Notes: generated by a model from the sequence alone, not told the origin. Shown: positions 1 through 13,807, counted from the stretch's first letter. The stretch: DNA of 64,000 nucleotides from Antechinus flavipes (GCF_016432865.1 NC_067398.1:244404001-244468000), one strand, 5' to 3'. Numbers and translations: made by a program.

Positions 1-440
1 TTTCTCCTCTTTTGGCCCTCTATTGAATTCAGCTCTGTATCTATTGCCTCTCTCCTATCTATCCTTAACTTTCCTTCTTTCCCATACTTTCTTTCTTCTC
101 TCCCCTTCCCTAAAGAACAGTCACCAGGTTTTTGTTGTTAAGCCACAAGATCAGAAATTCATGTGTACAGACGACAAAAAATTAATTATTAAATTAAGTT
201 CATCACCACTTATAATTCATTAGTCAAAGCCTGTTAAGTGGACACTTCATGGCTATATTCAACACTATTAGTGGTTTGGTGATTGAACCTTAGGTGTAGG
301 CTGTATGCAAAGTAAATGTTGGGGGCAGGGGGCAGTAAAAACTGGGAAGAGAGTCAAGAGAAATTCTTTTGAAGCTTCATCTTCAAGGGATCTAGAGGTT
401 CCAAAAAGACATAGAAGAGGAGGGATAGCATTCTGTGCAT

Positions 441-927
441 CATGTATATCTCACTGCATTTTATCATAACCAAGATGTGAGGATAGTAGCCATCTGTTTG
501 AATTGATATGAGCAGGAATGAGGGAAAAGGTACAAAATATGCTTTAAAATATTTTTTACAATTTTACTGTCTAATAAGACCAGATAATATTTTTTAAAAA
601 CATTTTTAAAATCCCTCTATGGCTTATGGGGACTTCAGATAATTCAAACAACATATGTGACAATAAAAGCTCAAATAAAAAAATTATCTTAATTTAAATT
701 TTATTTTCAGATGAATATCAGTCTCCTCTTCTACTTTCCTTCCCTTCTCCCCACTGAGAAAGCAGAAAGAAAAAAAATACATACTCAAAACTGCTCTGCC
801 AAACTTATATAGTTAAGCAAAACAAAATTTCTCATTGGCCCTACCTAAAAAAGTATGTCTCAATTTGTGCTCTGAGTTCATCACCTCTGTCAGGAAGTAG
901 AAAGCATGTTTCTTCAAGAATGCTCAA
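441..927 (+). repeat. 487-bp direct repeat, copy A (copy B at 4413-4899)
   Basis: About 97% identity by eye, about 14 differences. Confidence 0.92.
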
Positions 928-958
928 TCATATCATAATATTTTTATTTATTAAAAAC

Positions 959-960
<2 letters not shown>

Positions 961-1028
<68 letters not shown>
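961..1028. repeat. Compound (CA)n(CT)n microsatellite
   Basis: Read directly from the sequence. Confidence 0.97.
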
Positions 1029-1029
<1 letters not shown>

Positions 1030-1628
1030 AGGATGGGTCTTAGAAACACCTTGCTAAAAGTATGAAGGATGGCTCCTGCTGGGTGCAAGATTAGATCAGA
1101 CTAAGGATGGAATTAAAGCTTTTCATAATATATTCACTGAATAATGAGGATTCGGAAGGAGGTCCTTTCTTAGTCCTAAGTTTCTTCATACATTCTTTTA
1201 TGTTTCCCCCTTTTGCCCTCTCTCCCTTCACTGTCTGAGAAGACAACTCGTTTGATTAGGAAGAAAGGGACAAAAGGGTAGGAAATGATGCTGCTGGAAG
1301 AAAGTGAGAGGGAGGGAGTTGGTAAGTTGATAATATCCGAGTGGGAGCCCAGACAAGGACATCCAAGTCACCTGAAAGGCAAAGGGGAAAAATCTATTCA
1401 AGGCAGGATGTCCTAGCTGGTCTGTGTTTCCATGGAAGTGAAGTCAGCACCTTTCTATATCAGGGAGCACCCTTCTGTGTCATGGCCAGCCCGTCTATCA
1501 GTGTCCCAGGAACAGCTGGATCTTCAGCACTTTCACCCTCCTCTCCCCTGGAAAGGACGTTGTGCTGGCCCAGCTGGGGCAGTTTAGAGGCACAGAAGAA
1601 GCTAGAAGCTAGACTGAGAATAGTGGGC

Positions 1629-1731
1629 TTGAGCCTCACCAATATGGCCATGTCTTCCCCAGAGAGTGGGGATGGCTGAGCCTTCTTTAAGGATGTTACG
1701 TGGGAGGTCTACCAGCATTTGAGCACTCTGG
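1629..1731 (+). pseudogene. Fossil KRAB-A exon of an old KRAB-ZNF pseudogene
   Basis: ttgagcctcaccaatatggccatgtc...gagtggggatggctg...aaggatgttacgtgggaggtctaccagcatttgagcactctgg|gtgagt aligns to the live KRAB-A exons with indels and CpG-type transitions. It reads KDVTWEVYQHLSTLG against [15 protein letters not shown]. Confidence 0.75.
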
Positions 1732-2544
1732 GTGAGTGAGGCCTTTGGGCTAGGTTAGCTGGTGCCTCAGATAGAGAAACCGTCTTTGCTGCCCTGGGCC
1801 AGCTTTACAGATTATTATCCCCTGACTTTACAGATGAGGAAATTGAAGTTCAGGCACTCCATACCTAACTCTGCTTCTCAGCATTATTCAGATTAAAACT
1901 GTTTTTCTTAAAGCCACCTTAAACCCAACTTGCATGTCTCTTAGATTCTGATCAAAGAAATCCCCTGATCTTCATTCTAGATATGCTCTGCCTTTTTCAA
2001 TTTCTCTTGGTTGAATTTTCTTTTAGACTTCTCTTTAGCTAGTTCTATTCTAATGTTTCCTGCCAAGTTGAATCACCCTTTCTTAATTTAGTGCTGGACA
2101 GCTCCTCCTTAGTTTTCTTCAGTAGCTTATGTTCAATAAATTTATCTAGTCTATCTACATGACTATACATTTCTGTGCTATCCCTCTCTCCATTTTCTTC
2201 TTCGTGCATTCCTGTATTACGGTTCTCTATTCTTCTGTAGGAAGATGGTGAGTGATTGGTAACCATAAGATAGAACATAAGTATAACTCAATGAGATGTC
2301 AGAACTAGGGATGAGTGTGAATTGTGGAATATAATTCAGAACTTAGGAAACTTTAGTTCTAATCCATGTTTTGTCACTAGTGTTATGTATAGAAGGAAAA
2401 GTGCTGATCTTAGAGTCAAGTGAGCCTTGCGTTTCATTCAAGCCTCCAACTAGCTAGCTGTGTGGTTAAAAGTCATTTAGTCATTATAAGCCTTGATGTC
2501 ATAACTTTTAGCTATTATATATTAGCAACATAACAACTAAAAGA

Positions 2545-3225
2545 AATGATGCAGCCATTCTGGAGAATAATTTGGAACTATGCCCAAAGAGCTATAAAAT
2601 TGTAATCTTTTGATCCAGCAGTGTCTCTACCGGGCCTATATTCTAAAGAGATGATAAAAGAGACAAAAATGTTTGTAGCAGACCTTTTTGTAGTGGCAAC
2701 TAGAAATTGAGTAGATGCTCATTAGTTAGGAAATAGTTGATTAAGTTAGGGTAAATGGAGGTAATGGCATATTATTCTATAAAAAACAACGAACAGGCTG
2801 ATTTCAGAAAAGCCTAGAAAGACTTAAGTGAGCTGATGCTGAGTAAAGTGAGCAAAATCAAGAGAACAACATTATGTGATGATCAACTGTGATGGACTTA
2901 ATTCTTTTAAACAATGAGGTGATTCAAGGCAATTCCAATAGACTTGGGATGGAAAGAGCCATTCACATCCAAAGAGGGATCTAACTGTGGAAACTGAATT
3001 AAGATGAAAGTATACGATTTTTACTTTTTTTGTTCTTTCTCATGGTTTTTCTTTTTTGTTCTGATTTTTTTTTTACAACATGATTAATATAGAAATATGG
3101 TTTAAATGCAGATGTATAACATCAAATTGCTGTCTTGGGGAGGGAAGGAGAAAACTTTTGGAACTCATTCTTACAAAAAGAATGTTGAAAACTATGTGTG
3201 ATTGGAAAAAATACTATTAAGTGGG
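2545..3225 (+). mobile_element. Degraded LINE-1 3' fragment
   Basis: gcagccattctggagaataatttggaactatgcccaaag... matches the L1 ORF2 end and 3'UTR seen at 6830-7200. Confidence 0.8.
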
Positions 3226-4023
3226 GGGGAACATAATGATAACTAGCTGTTTGATTTGTTGTTGTACCATTGTGTTCAACTTTTCAAGACCCTATTGGGG
3301 ATTTTCTTGACAAACATCCTGGAGGTTTCCATTCTTTCTGCAGCTCATTTTACAATTGAGGAAACTGAGGTCAATAGGGTTAAATGATTTGCCCCAGGGT
3401 GACAAAGCTAATAAGTTTCTATGGCCAGATTTGAATTCAGATCTTCCTGACTTCAGGCCAGGCACTCTATCCACTGTTCCATCAAGGTGCCTATTTATTT
3501 CCTCACAACTATCCTACAAAATAAATGCTAATTTCTTCATTTTACAGATAGGGAAATTGAGACCAAAAGGTTAAGTGAGTTATCCAGAGCTAGGGCTAAT
3601 AAATATCTAAAGCAGATTTAAACTCAGATCTTCTTGATTTCAAGTCCAGCATTCTTTCCCCTGTGCCATCTAGCTTCTCCCCTATAGGTTTATTGTGAGA
3701 TTTAACATGCATATAGAACTGTTTTATAAACCTTAAAGCACTATATAATTGACAACTACTACTATTACCATAGATAATTTTTTCCTCTATCTGGTTGTTA
3801 GTTTCTTCCTAAAATATTACTTCTAACTTTGCTACTTTATAAATGAATGACTTCCTCCATGCTTCTGACTCAAGGTTAAAGAAGAGTTCTTGTCTATGTG
3901 GAAGGGAGGAAGTAGAGGATTCTGGGAAAGAAATGTGAGGGTACTACCACATGCCAATATCAAGATTTAAACTTCCATCAAGTTCTTAGAACTTGAAGAT
4001 GGCTACGTTTTCTGTTCCCCCAG

Positions 4024-4134
4024 AATTTCAAGCCTCTAAACCTGTTCTCATCTCTTGGAACAAGAAAACAGAGGTATGGGACCTAGAAGCCCAGAATACT
4101 GAGGAGAAAAGGAATTATCCAAGAACCTGTAAAG
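4024..4134 (+). pseudogene. Fossil KRAB-B exon of the same pseudogene
   Basis: ttccccag|...aaag|gtaagt, 111 nt, phase 1. It reads FQASKPVLISWNKKTEVWDLEAQNTEE against [28 protein letters not shown]. Confidence 0.8.
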
Positions 4135-4412
4135 GTAAGTGAGGAAAGAATATTACTTTTGAACACTTAGATTTAGTTCTTTGGAAAGATCTCCTGAGCC
4201 AGACCTCATTGGAAGATTTTGGGGTTTTTTGCCCCTTTGCTGTTTAAAGACCTGTTTAAGCCTTCCTTGGACCATCTCCCCACATAAAGTTCTTTCCCCA
4301 AGACTACAGGCCTCTTTGACCTCTATTAAAGCCACCTCCCTACAGATGTGAGATGATACAGTGCTTAACTGCCTCTCCTACTTCCTTGGTATCTACATAA
4401 GTTGCCTTGCTT

Positions 4413-4899
4413 CATGTGAATCTCACTGCATTTTTATCATAACCAAGATGTGAGGATAGTAGCCAGCTGTTTGAATTGATATGAGCAAGAATGAGGAAAA
4501 AAGTACAAAAGATGCTTTAAAATATTTTTACAATTTTACTGTCTAATAAGACCAGATAATATTTTTTAAAAACATTTTTTAAATCCCTCTATGGCTTATG
4601 GGGACTTCAGATAATTCAAACAACATATGTGACAATAAAAGCTCAAATAAAAAAATTATCTTAATTTAAATTTTATTTTCAGATGAATATCAGTCTGCTC
4701 TTCTGCTTTCCTTCCCTTCTCCCCACTGAGAAAGCAGAAAGAAAAAAAATACATACTCAAAACTGCTCTGCCAAACTTATATAGTTAAGCAAAACAAAAT
4801 TTCTCATTGGCCCTACCTAAAAAAGTATGTCTCAATTTGTGCTCTGAGTTCATCACCTCTCTCAGGAAGTAGAAAGCACGTTTCTTCAAGAATGCCCAA
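4413..4899 (+). repeat. 487-bp direct repeat, copy B
   Basis: Matches 441-927. Confidence 0.92.
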
Positions 4900-5989
4900 G
4901 AATTGTGATTGGTCATTGTGTTGGTCAGAGTTTCCAAGTTTGGATGAATTTGTGGAGTAGAGGCTTCCCATGACTGCCATATTGGCTCTAACCTTCTCAA
5001 ATCATTCTCAAAAAAACCCCACATTTCTTATACCTTGCTCTAAGAACACAAATGCCTTGTCACATTTTCTTAGAGGTAGAAGGAATCTCTGAAATTATCT
5101 AGTCAAATCCATGTTTGAACAGTAATTCCTTCATCTTACCCATCCTCATCCAAGTTTTTTTAACAGCTCTTGCTACTTTTACGATTTTTCATCGACTTAC
5201 CTCAAACTGGGATCTTGGGAATATTTCTCTGAAGGCTGTTTCTAACAGACATATATTAATCCTTATTCTCTACAAGTACTATTGTGAATATTTGCTACCA
5301 TTATTTTTTTTAATTGCTCCAGAGTTTACTGATGCTTCATTTTTTAGCTTGCTTTTCATTATAACTCTCCTTATCAATTCTGCAGTTCTTCAGAGCCAAG
5401 TGTTAAAGCTGAATTTCAACCATAAAGCTAATAAACAAAAAATTCTTTTATGGGATCCTTTTTCTCATTCTATCTGTGGCCCTATGCATATGATCATTAA
5501 GTGTAGAAATTGGAAGGGACTTTAGAAAGTCCAAGACCACACAGATTAATGATAAAGATGGGTTTCAAACTGAGTCCTCTGATTCCAAACCAAATATCCT
5601 TTCACAATTCATACTCGTATCTGCAAAGCCTCAGTTTTGTCCTCAGTTTCTCCTTTCTTGGATAAAAGTGCCTCCTACTTTTTGGTAAAGAGGTGGTGTA
5701 ATGGAACATTTTCTGACAATATTAATGTGTGAATTTATTTTGTTAGAGTGTACCTATTTTTTTACAAGGGAAGGCTTTTGTGGAAGAGTTGAAGAGAGTT
5801 GTAGATTAGGAATGATGTTAAAAAGAAAGAAAAGAATGTCAATGAAACATTTTTAAAATATAAGAGAATAGAAAGGGATCTAGAAAGCAGAGTACTCTTG
5901 ATATTAAATTTAACATTATTTTAAAAGCCAAATGGTACAAAATAGAGATTTAAGGGATTTTTTTCCAGGGGTCATACTTTGCAACTATT

Positions 5990-8900
5990 ATTCAATTACT
6001 GCATTAGAAATGCTAACTGTAACAAAACAATAAGACAAGAAAAAGAAATTGGCAGAATAAAAATATTCATTGAGGAAACAAAATTGTCATTCTTTGCTGA
6101 TTAAAAAATTGCAAGATGTAAAATAAACCCACAAAAATTTCTATATACTATATACAAAATCCAACAGGAAGAGATAGAGATAGAAATTTTATTTAAAATA
6201 ACTGCAGACAGAAATTAGGCAAGGACCCACACTTAATACCACATACCAAGATAAGATCAAAATGGGTCCATGATCTAGGCATAAAGAATGAGATTATAAA
6301 TAAATTAGAGGAACATAGGATAGTTTATCTCTCAGACTTGTGGAGGAGAAAGAAATTTGTGACCAAAGATGAACTAGAGACTATTACCGATCACAAAATA
6401 GAAAATTTTGATTATATCAAATTAAAAAGCCTTTGTACAAACAGAACGAATGCAAACAAGATTAGTAGGGAAGCAACAAACTGGGAAAACATCTTTACAA
6501 TTAAAGGTTCTGATAAAGGCCTCATTTCCAAAATATATAGAGAACTGACTCAAATTTATAAAAAATCAAGCCATTCTCCAATTGATAAATGGTCAAAGGA
6601 TATGAACAGACAATTTTCAGATGAAGAAATTGAAACTATTACCACTCACATGAAAGAGTGTTCCAAATCACTATTGATCAGAGAAATGCAAATTAAGACA
6701 ACTCTGAGATATCACTACACACCTGTCAGATTGGCTAAGATGACAGGAAAAAAATAATGATGAATGTTGGAGGAGATGCGGGAAAACGGGGACACTGATG
6801 CATTGTTGGTGGAGTTGTGAACGAATCCAGCCATTCTGGAGAGCAATCTGGAATTATGCCCAAAAAGTTATCAAACTGTGCATACCCTTGGATCCAGCAG
6901 TGTTTCTATTGGGCTTATACCCCAAAGAGATACTAAAAAAGGGAAAGGGACCTGTATGTGCCAAAATGTTTGTGGCAGCCCTGTTTGTAGTGGCTAGAAA
7001 CTGGAAAATGAATGGATGCCCATCAATTGGAGAATGGCTGGGTAAATTGTGGTATATGAATGTTATGGAATATTATTGCTCTGTAAGGAATGACCAGCAG
7101 GATGAATACAGAGAGGCTTGGAGAGACCTACGTGGACTGATGCTAAGTGAGATGAGCAGAACCAGGAGATCATTATACACTTCGACAACGATATTGTATG
7201 AGGATGTATTCTGATGGAAGTGGATTTCTCTGACAAAGAGACTTAACTGAGTTTCATTGGATAAATGATGGACAGAAACAGCTACACCCAAAGAAGGAAT
7301 ACTGGGAAATGAATGTGAACTATTTGATTTTTGATTTTCTTCCCGAGTTATTTTTACCTTCTGAATCCAATTCTCCCTGTGCAGCGGGAGAACTGTTCGG
7401 TTCTGCAAATATGTATTGTATCTAGGATATACTGCAACATATTTAACATATATAGGACTGCTTGCCATCTTGGGGGGGGGGGAGGAGGGAGGGAGGGGAA
7501 AAAACGAAACATAAGTGATTGCAAGGGATAATGCTGTGTAAAAATTATCCTGGCATGGATTCTGTCAATACAAAGTTATTATTAAATAAAATTAAATATA
7601 AAAAAAATAATAATAAAAATAAAAATAAAATAAAATAACTGCAGACAATATAAAGTACTTAAGTTTCTGTAGAGCAAGATAAACCCTAGGGACTGATGAA
7701 TACAGTTATAAAATGTTTTTTTCACACAAATAAAGACTGATTTAAACAGTTGGGGAAATATTAGTTGTTCAAAAGTAAACCACACCAATTTAATAAAAAT
7801 GACAATTCTGCCTAAGTTATTCAGTGCCATACCAATCAAAATTTCAAGGGATTATTTTATAGAGCTAAAAAACATAGCAGAATTCATCTGAAAGAGAAGA
7901 TGGTCAAGAATATTAAAAAAAAATAAAAGTGAAGGAAGGTAGCACCAAATTTTAAATTATATTATAAAGCAATAGTCATGAAAGTGGGATAGATTAGGTA
8001 CAAAATATGCGGTAGTAAATGATCAAGGTGATCTGGTGTTTGATAAATCCAAAAATCTAAGCTTTAGTGATGTATTTGACAAAATTTGCTGGGAGAATTG
8101 GAAACCAATTTGGCGAAACTCGTCATGCATCAACATCTCACACTATATGCCAAAATAAGATCAATAATGTTTTAGACAATAAAGGATGTTATCATTACTA
8201 AATTAGAAGAACATGGAAAAGTGTAACTGTCCAATCTACAAGTTAAGGGAAATAAGAGGCAAAGAACATTATAGGAATTAAAATGGATGATTTTGATTAC
8301 ATAAAATATAAAACATTTTGCACAAACAAAACTAATACAGACATAATTAGAAGGAAAACAAGAAATTAGGGGAAAAATTAATGTAAATTTCTTTGAAAAA
8401 GGCCTTTTTCTCAAATATATATGGAACTGAACCAGATCTATAAAAAATCTCCTCAATTGGTAAATGGTCAAAAGATATGAACAGGCAGTTTTCAGCAGAA
8501 AACAACAACAAAAGTCACATGAAAAAATACTTTAAATCCCATCAGATTATTGATTAGAGAAATACAAATTAAAACAACTTTGAAATACCCCCTCATACCT
8601 ATCAGATTGACTACTTTGGCATAAAAGATAATTGACATGTTGGAGGGGGTGTAGAAAAAGTAGGACACATGTACTTTTGGTGGAATTGTGAATTAGTCTA
8701 ACCATTCTGGAGAACAGTTTATAGAACTATGCCTAAAGGATTATAAAACTAAAACTAAAAGCGTCACCTTTGACCCAGCAATACTACTTGAAAGATTAAA
8801 AAATAGGGAAAATGGCCTATTTGCACAAAAAATATTTATAGCAGCTCTTTTTGTAGAGGCAAAGAATTAGAAATTGAGATTCCCTACTAATTAGGCAAAT

Positions 8901-9170
8901 TTGTGGCAGATGATTGTGATGGCATGCTGTTGTATTTTAAAAAGTGACAAGAAGTACATTTTGTTTCCTTTCTCATTTTTTTCTTTTTGATCTGATTTTT
9001 CTTGTGCAACATGATATTTGTGGAAATATGTATAGAAGGATTACACATGTTTAACATGATATTATTTACTTGCCATCTAGGGGAAGGGAAGAAAAATATT
9101 TGGGAACACAAGGTTTTGCAAGAGTAAGTGTTGAATGTCCATGCATATGTTTTGAAAATAAAAAGCTTTA
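5990..9170 (+). mobile_element. Older degraded LINE-1 (ORF2 3' part and 3'UTR) hosting the young L1
   Basis: Degenerate ORF2-like sequence continues on both sides of the TSD and ends in an L1 3'UTR at about 9170. Confidence 0.8.
6211..7630 (+). mobile_element. Young 5'-truncated LINE-1 (ORF2 C-terminus, 3'UTR, A-rich tail) with 17-bp TSD
   Basis: ORF2 reads from about 6212 to the stop at 7214 with one frameshift in an A7 run at about 6750, and includes the CWRRCGKTGTLMHCWWSC knuckle. TSD TAAAATAACTGCAGACA at 6194-6210 and 7631-7647. Confidence 0.95.
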
Positions 9171-9730
9171 ACCAAAAAAAAGGTAACTAGATTGTTTTTT
9201 AAAAAAGAAAAAAGAAAAAAGGACAACTTGGCAAGACATATAGGAACTGATGAAGAGTGAAGTGAGTAGAACACAGTAACAGTAATATTGTAGGCATGAT
9301 CAGCTGTTAAAGACTTAGCTATTTTGATCAAAATTCAAGACAATTCCAAAGGACCTGTGATGAAAAATAAGAAGCACAGTAGTATTCCACACAGCCCATA
9401 ACACTGATAAACTATGTTGTTACTGTCCTAATAAACTCAATCAAAAACCTTTCTGTCTGTTTATACCTCTTTCTATCCCTCCCACATGCAAAAAGTTTAA
9501 CTATGGAGGATAATTTCATTTCCCCCTTCCCCTTTCTCATACTATACTAGTACTAGGAGTGGTTTCCCTTCACATCATGAAGAGATTTCCATTTTCTGAG
9601 TAAAAATGCCAACATTTCAAATTCTACTTTGAAACAAGGACTTCTGTTTTTTCATGCCAGTTTTCTGAGACATCCTGGAGATGAACAACAGCTGGGTTTG
9701 AATCCCAAGTCCAGCACCTTAGGCACTAAG

Positions 9731-9901
9731 CCACGGGCTTCTTAAACTTTTTTCATTTACAGTTTCACCCAAGAAATTTTTATGTGACTCCTAGTATATA
9801 AAATAGGACAAATCAAACATCTACTGATAATCATAATTTTGCAATCCTCATTCAGTCACAAGACCCTATATGAGGTTATGAACCACAGTTTAAGTAGATG
9901 G
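9731..9901. mobile_element. hAT/Charlie-type MITE
   Basis: Imperfect TIRs (CTTCTTAAACT / AGTTTAAGTAG) and 8-bp TSD GCACTAAG / GCACTAAA at 9723-9730 and 9902-9909. Confidence 0.65.
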
Positions 9902-11083
9902 GCACTAAAGAACCCTAATCAAATCAATTCATCTGTCTGAATATTATCTTTCTAATTAAGCAGAACATAGTATTTGTTGCTAATTTTATAAAGTTCTCTA
10001 GCTATATACTCTCCCTTCTCCTTTCTTTCAAAATAGCTGATGAAATAAGTTTGCCAAAAAGTCAATATTGGTGGCTTTCAAAGTCTGTTCAGCTGTATTT
10101 CTCAGAGTTCCAAAGAATCCCCCAATTATCCTCATAAGCATGTGTAAATTAGTTTTTTTTTTATTTCATACTAATTTTTTTATTTTACATATGAGAAAAT
10201 TGAAGTTCACAGAGATTGTGACTAGTCTGTGGCTGGGGGCGGGGTAGGGGTGGGGGGAGGATCAGGAATTGTACCTAGAACTCCTGACTCCAATTCCAGC
10301 ATTCTTTCCACTAAATCACATTGCCTCTCTATTCCCAGATTTTACCCAGTGACAGTAAAATGTTTTAGAGTTCATATTAAAATAGCTTCAAGCTATATCT
10401 AACTTTAAAATAAAGTAGTCTGTTCCTTCTATAATCATATACTTTAAACACTAGCCTAAATCACAGGCGTACCTACATCATCTCTTACCTGCTGGCCAGA
10501 GATTACTCTGTCTCTAGTGCCTATCCCACCATGTTCTCTATCATTACAAGCATTATTCTTTATGATTCTTTCTCCATGCAATTTTAAAACGCATCTTAAA
10601 CTATGCTATCACTTTAAACAAATTTACTTTGACCCCTCTACTGAGTTCACCAAAGACAAGTAATCCTGAAACTGGTAGAGCTGAAGATTAAACCACTCTG
10701 GACAAGTAAATTAGTTTTTTAAAAGGAGATGTTTTCTTGATTCTCCAGGGCCACTGGAGTTTTACAAACTCTTAATGTCAGAATGTGTTTAAAATGAGTG
10801 CTTGTTGATTGGTTAACTGAGATCTGGCCTTGCCAGAGAAGCAGATGCCCTAGGGTAAAGGCATTATTTGTGTCCCTATAGCTTGTAGTTTGCAGGGAAT
10901 CCATTCTGCCTGCCTTAGTTCCAAATTCTGTACTTCAAATTTTCTTCTTTTATGCTGTTCTGAAGATAAAAATCAAAACAAAACCATTGAATGTATCCCC
11001 TCCACACCCAGTGATTCCTGCTACTTTATAAATTATAAACCAGTGCAGGAAGAGACTTTTATGAAATAAAATGGAATATATTT

Positions 11084-11223
11084 TTGCTGAGGCAATTGGG
11101 GCTCAGTGACTTGCCCAGGATCACACAGCTAGGAAGTGTTAAAAGTGTCTGAGACCAAATTTGAACTCAAGTCTTTCTGACTTCAGGGCTGGTGCTCTAT
11201 CTACTGCGCCACCTAGCTGCCCC
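11084..11223 (-). mobile_element. Marsupial tRNA-derived CORE-SINE
   Basis: Minus-strand GGGGCAGCTAGGTGG head, B-box GAGTTCAAA, CORE segment; diverged TSD TAAAATGG(AA/GC)TATATT. Confidence 0.88.
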
Positions 11224-11272
11224 TAAAATGGGCTATATTCTTGACTTTTACCTTTCCCTTATCTTCCTACAG

Positions 11273-11690
11273 GAGTCAGGAAGGAGAAGGAGAAAAAAAA
11301 GGCAGAAAAAGAGAAGGGTCTGGGTTGAGGAGCCTTTCATTGCTTGTCTGAAGAAGCCGTCTCTAGGTTTTGAAACCCAGCAAAAGGAAGCAACATCTGA
11401 GAGGCCCCAAGAGCTGCCAGATCTGCTATCCAGGGCTTGGCCTTGACTCCAGAAGGAGACTGGAGTTTTGCCATCTGCTCAAACTGTGATAGAACATTTC
11501 AGAATCCCTCAGTCACGACATTCCACCAGCTGAACATCTCTATCCTTATTCTGACTATGGGTGCTGCTTTACCAGTGCTGCCCAATTGATCAGTCATTGG
11601 CTGGGGCACTCTGGAGTGTGTCCTTATGCCTGTGGATGCTGCTTATAAGTCCAGGCAATCTGATCCAACATAGCCATGTTCCTACTAGAA
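11273..11690 (+). pseudogene. Fossil zinc-finger exon (ZNF689-like) of the same pseudogene
   Basis: Acceptor cttcctacag, a basic linker, then ICSNCDRTFQNPSVTTFHQ, YPYSDYGCCFTSAAQLISHWLGHSGVCPYACG and NLIQH, interrupted by stops and frameshifts. Confidence 0.7.
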
Positions 11691-12485
11691 ATTGCCTGTT
11701 CACTTGGTTGATCATATGATCTATCTATGGATCTTATAACTCTAGTAGGAAGGAAGGCACAAACATGAAACGTTAAGAACCAATGCAGTAACTAAATAAT
11801 GCATTTCAGAAAGCAGTTCCTAATTAATTGCCTATGGAAAAATAAACCCTTAGTTCAGAGGAAAGAGTTATTACTGTGGGCTTGAGTGTAATGGGAAGGC
11901 ATCATCTAACTTGAATGAATTGTACCTGAAAGAATGAGAACTTGAACAGGTAAAAAGAAAGAGAAGTGAGATTAACACCTGAACAGATAAAAGAAAATGT
12001 ATGATGTTTAGGAGACCTTTACTCCAGGAGTCAGAGGACTCAGTTCAAATACTGTCTTTACTGTTACCAAGTGTGACTTGGGCTCAGTTTCCTCATCCAT
12101 AAGGGAAAGGGAAGAGAAGAGAATATAGTACCTGCTACATGCATGGCATTCTGGGTTTTTGTCACTAAGGAAAGGAACTCACTCATTCTATAAGTTTCCT
12201 CCCTCCAAACCATTCTGTATGAGTCTACTCAATTCTTACCTTGCCTTAATCACTGAATGGGTACAAACTGAAATGTGGTAAAGAAAGACTTTAGCTTTAA
12301 AAGGCCAAGGTCTCCCACTGAGTCCAGGGCCATTTTTAGTCATCCTGATCTATCTTTTGCCACTGAATACAGATGGCTCTGGGGGGGAAAGTGAGGTATA
12401 TTACAGCCCTATCTCACTTAAATCCACTTATATATCATGGCATCACTTCCCTGATGTCATGGTCCTCATTGAAAATGAAAGATAT

Positions 12486-12636
12486 GGGGCAGCTAGGTGG
12501 CACAGTGGATAGATCACCAGCACTGAAGTTGGGAGGATCTGAGCTCAAAACTGGCCTCAGACACTTGACACTTTCTAGCTGTATGGCCCTGGGCAAGTCA
12601 CTTGACTTCAATTGCCTCAGCAAACAAAAAGAAAAA
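12486..12636 (+). mobile_element. Marsupial CORE-SINE, following an RTE-type marsupial repeat at about 12230-12480
   Basis: GGGGCAGCTAGGTGGCACAGTGG head, CORE segment, A-rich tail. Confidence 0.88.
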
Positions 12637-13807
12637 CTTCACAAACATTCTCTAGTTTGTGAAATGGGAATGATACTTTGAGTATCTGTGAGATTTAAAT
12701 GAGATTTTGTATATAAAGTACTTCACAAACTTTAAAGGACTATATAAATATCAATTACAGAATAATTTGGCGTAATCTGAAAGAATTAAATTAAGCCAAA
12801 ACTAGCAGAATACAGCTCCAAAAGCACTTTGAAAAACTGGCCCCTTCAAACTCTGTCCCACCCTCTTTTCTCTGACACATCCCCTGAGCCTGAAAGGAGA
12901 TAGATGGTAGAAAAGTGATTCCATCATTCTTCCTTGCTTGGTATCAAAATCACAAAAAGGGAAAATAGAACTATCTCACTTAATGTTCCAGTGTAGGTCC
13001 TTCACCCCCAAGTCATACCAAAATCACTTGGCAGATAGATGAAGTTGGGAGATGTACGAATAAACCAGCGAGTCCCAGGAAGTGCCAAAGTCCCAAGAAG
13101 GCACTCCCAAGAGGCTGACATTACTTCCCCCATGAACTGAGCCTGCAGACTCTGCTATCTCTCTGCATGTCTCTTGTTTCCTTCTGTCATCTTTTGGAAT
13201 GTTTCTAATAAAAAAGGCAATTTTCTTATTTAATTAACCTGTTATATCTGGACCTTTATGTTAAAATAACCCCAAGTAACTAACTACTTACAGTTTCTAT
13301 TCCTTATCCAAAAATAAAACAACAAAAAACAAACATGCTTTTTAAAAAGCTAGTTAATAGTATTTACTTTGCAGAGACACTGCAGAATAGATAGGGACTG
13401 ACTACCTCAGTGTTCCCTTAGATTTTTCAAATTTACATCTCCAAAACAATTCATCTTTCTCCTTAAAATCCATCCCATTTCCAAAGTTTCTAGTTTCTGT
13501 TAAGGATACTACCATATTTTTAAGACATCTAGGTTTGCAACCCTGGCGCCATCCTCCAATTTCTCCTCCCCAATCTCACCCAACAGGTTGCCAAGCTTTC
13601 CTCATCTCACCTCTATGAAATCTCTTGTAGCCATTTTTCATCTTTCTCTTCACAGACCCTTATTATCTTTCACTATATTACCATAGTCTCCTAAATGGTC
13701 TCCCTGACTCCAATCTTTCTCTTTTCTAATCTATCCTTTCCATAGCCTCCAAAATGATATTCCTAAATTTCAAGTCAGACCATGCTATTTGTTCTACTTA
13801 AGCTTCA

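Noticed and set aside
441-4899. The 487-bp direct repeats as the two LTRs of a provirus that captured KRAB exons
   Set aside because: No outer TSD, PBS or polypurine tract. The interior is ordinary host sequence much older than the 3% repeat divergence.
5115-5525. 136-aa hydrophobic ORF
   Set aside because: TTG start, AT-rich intronic sequence, no recognisable homology.
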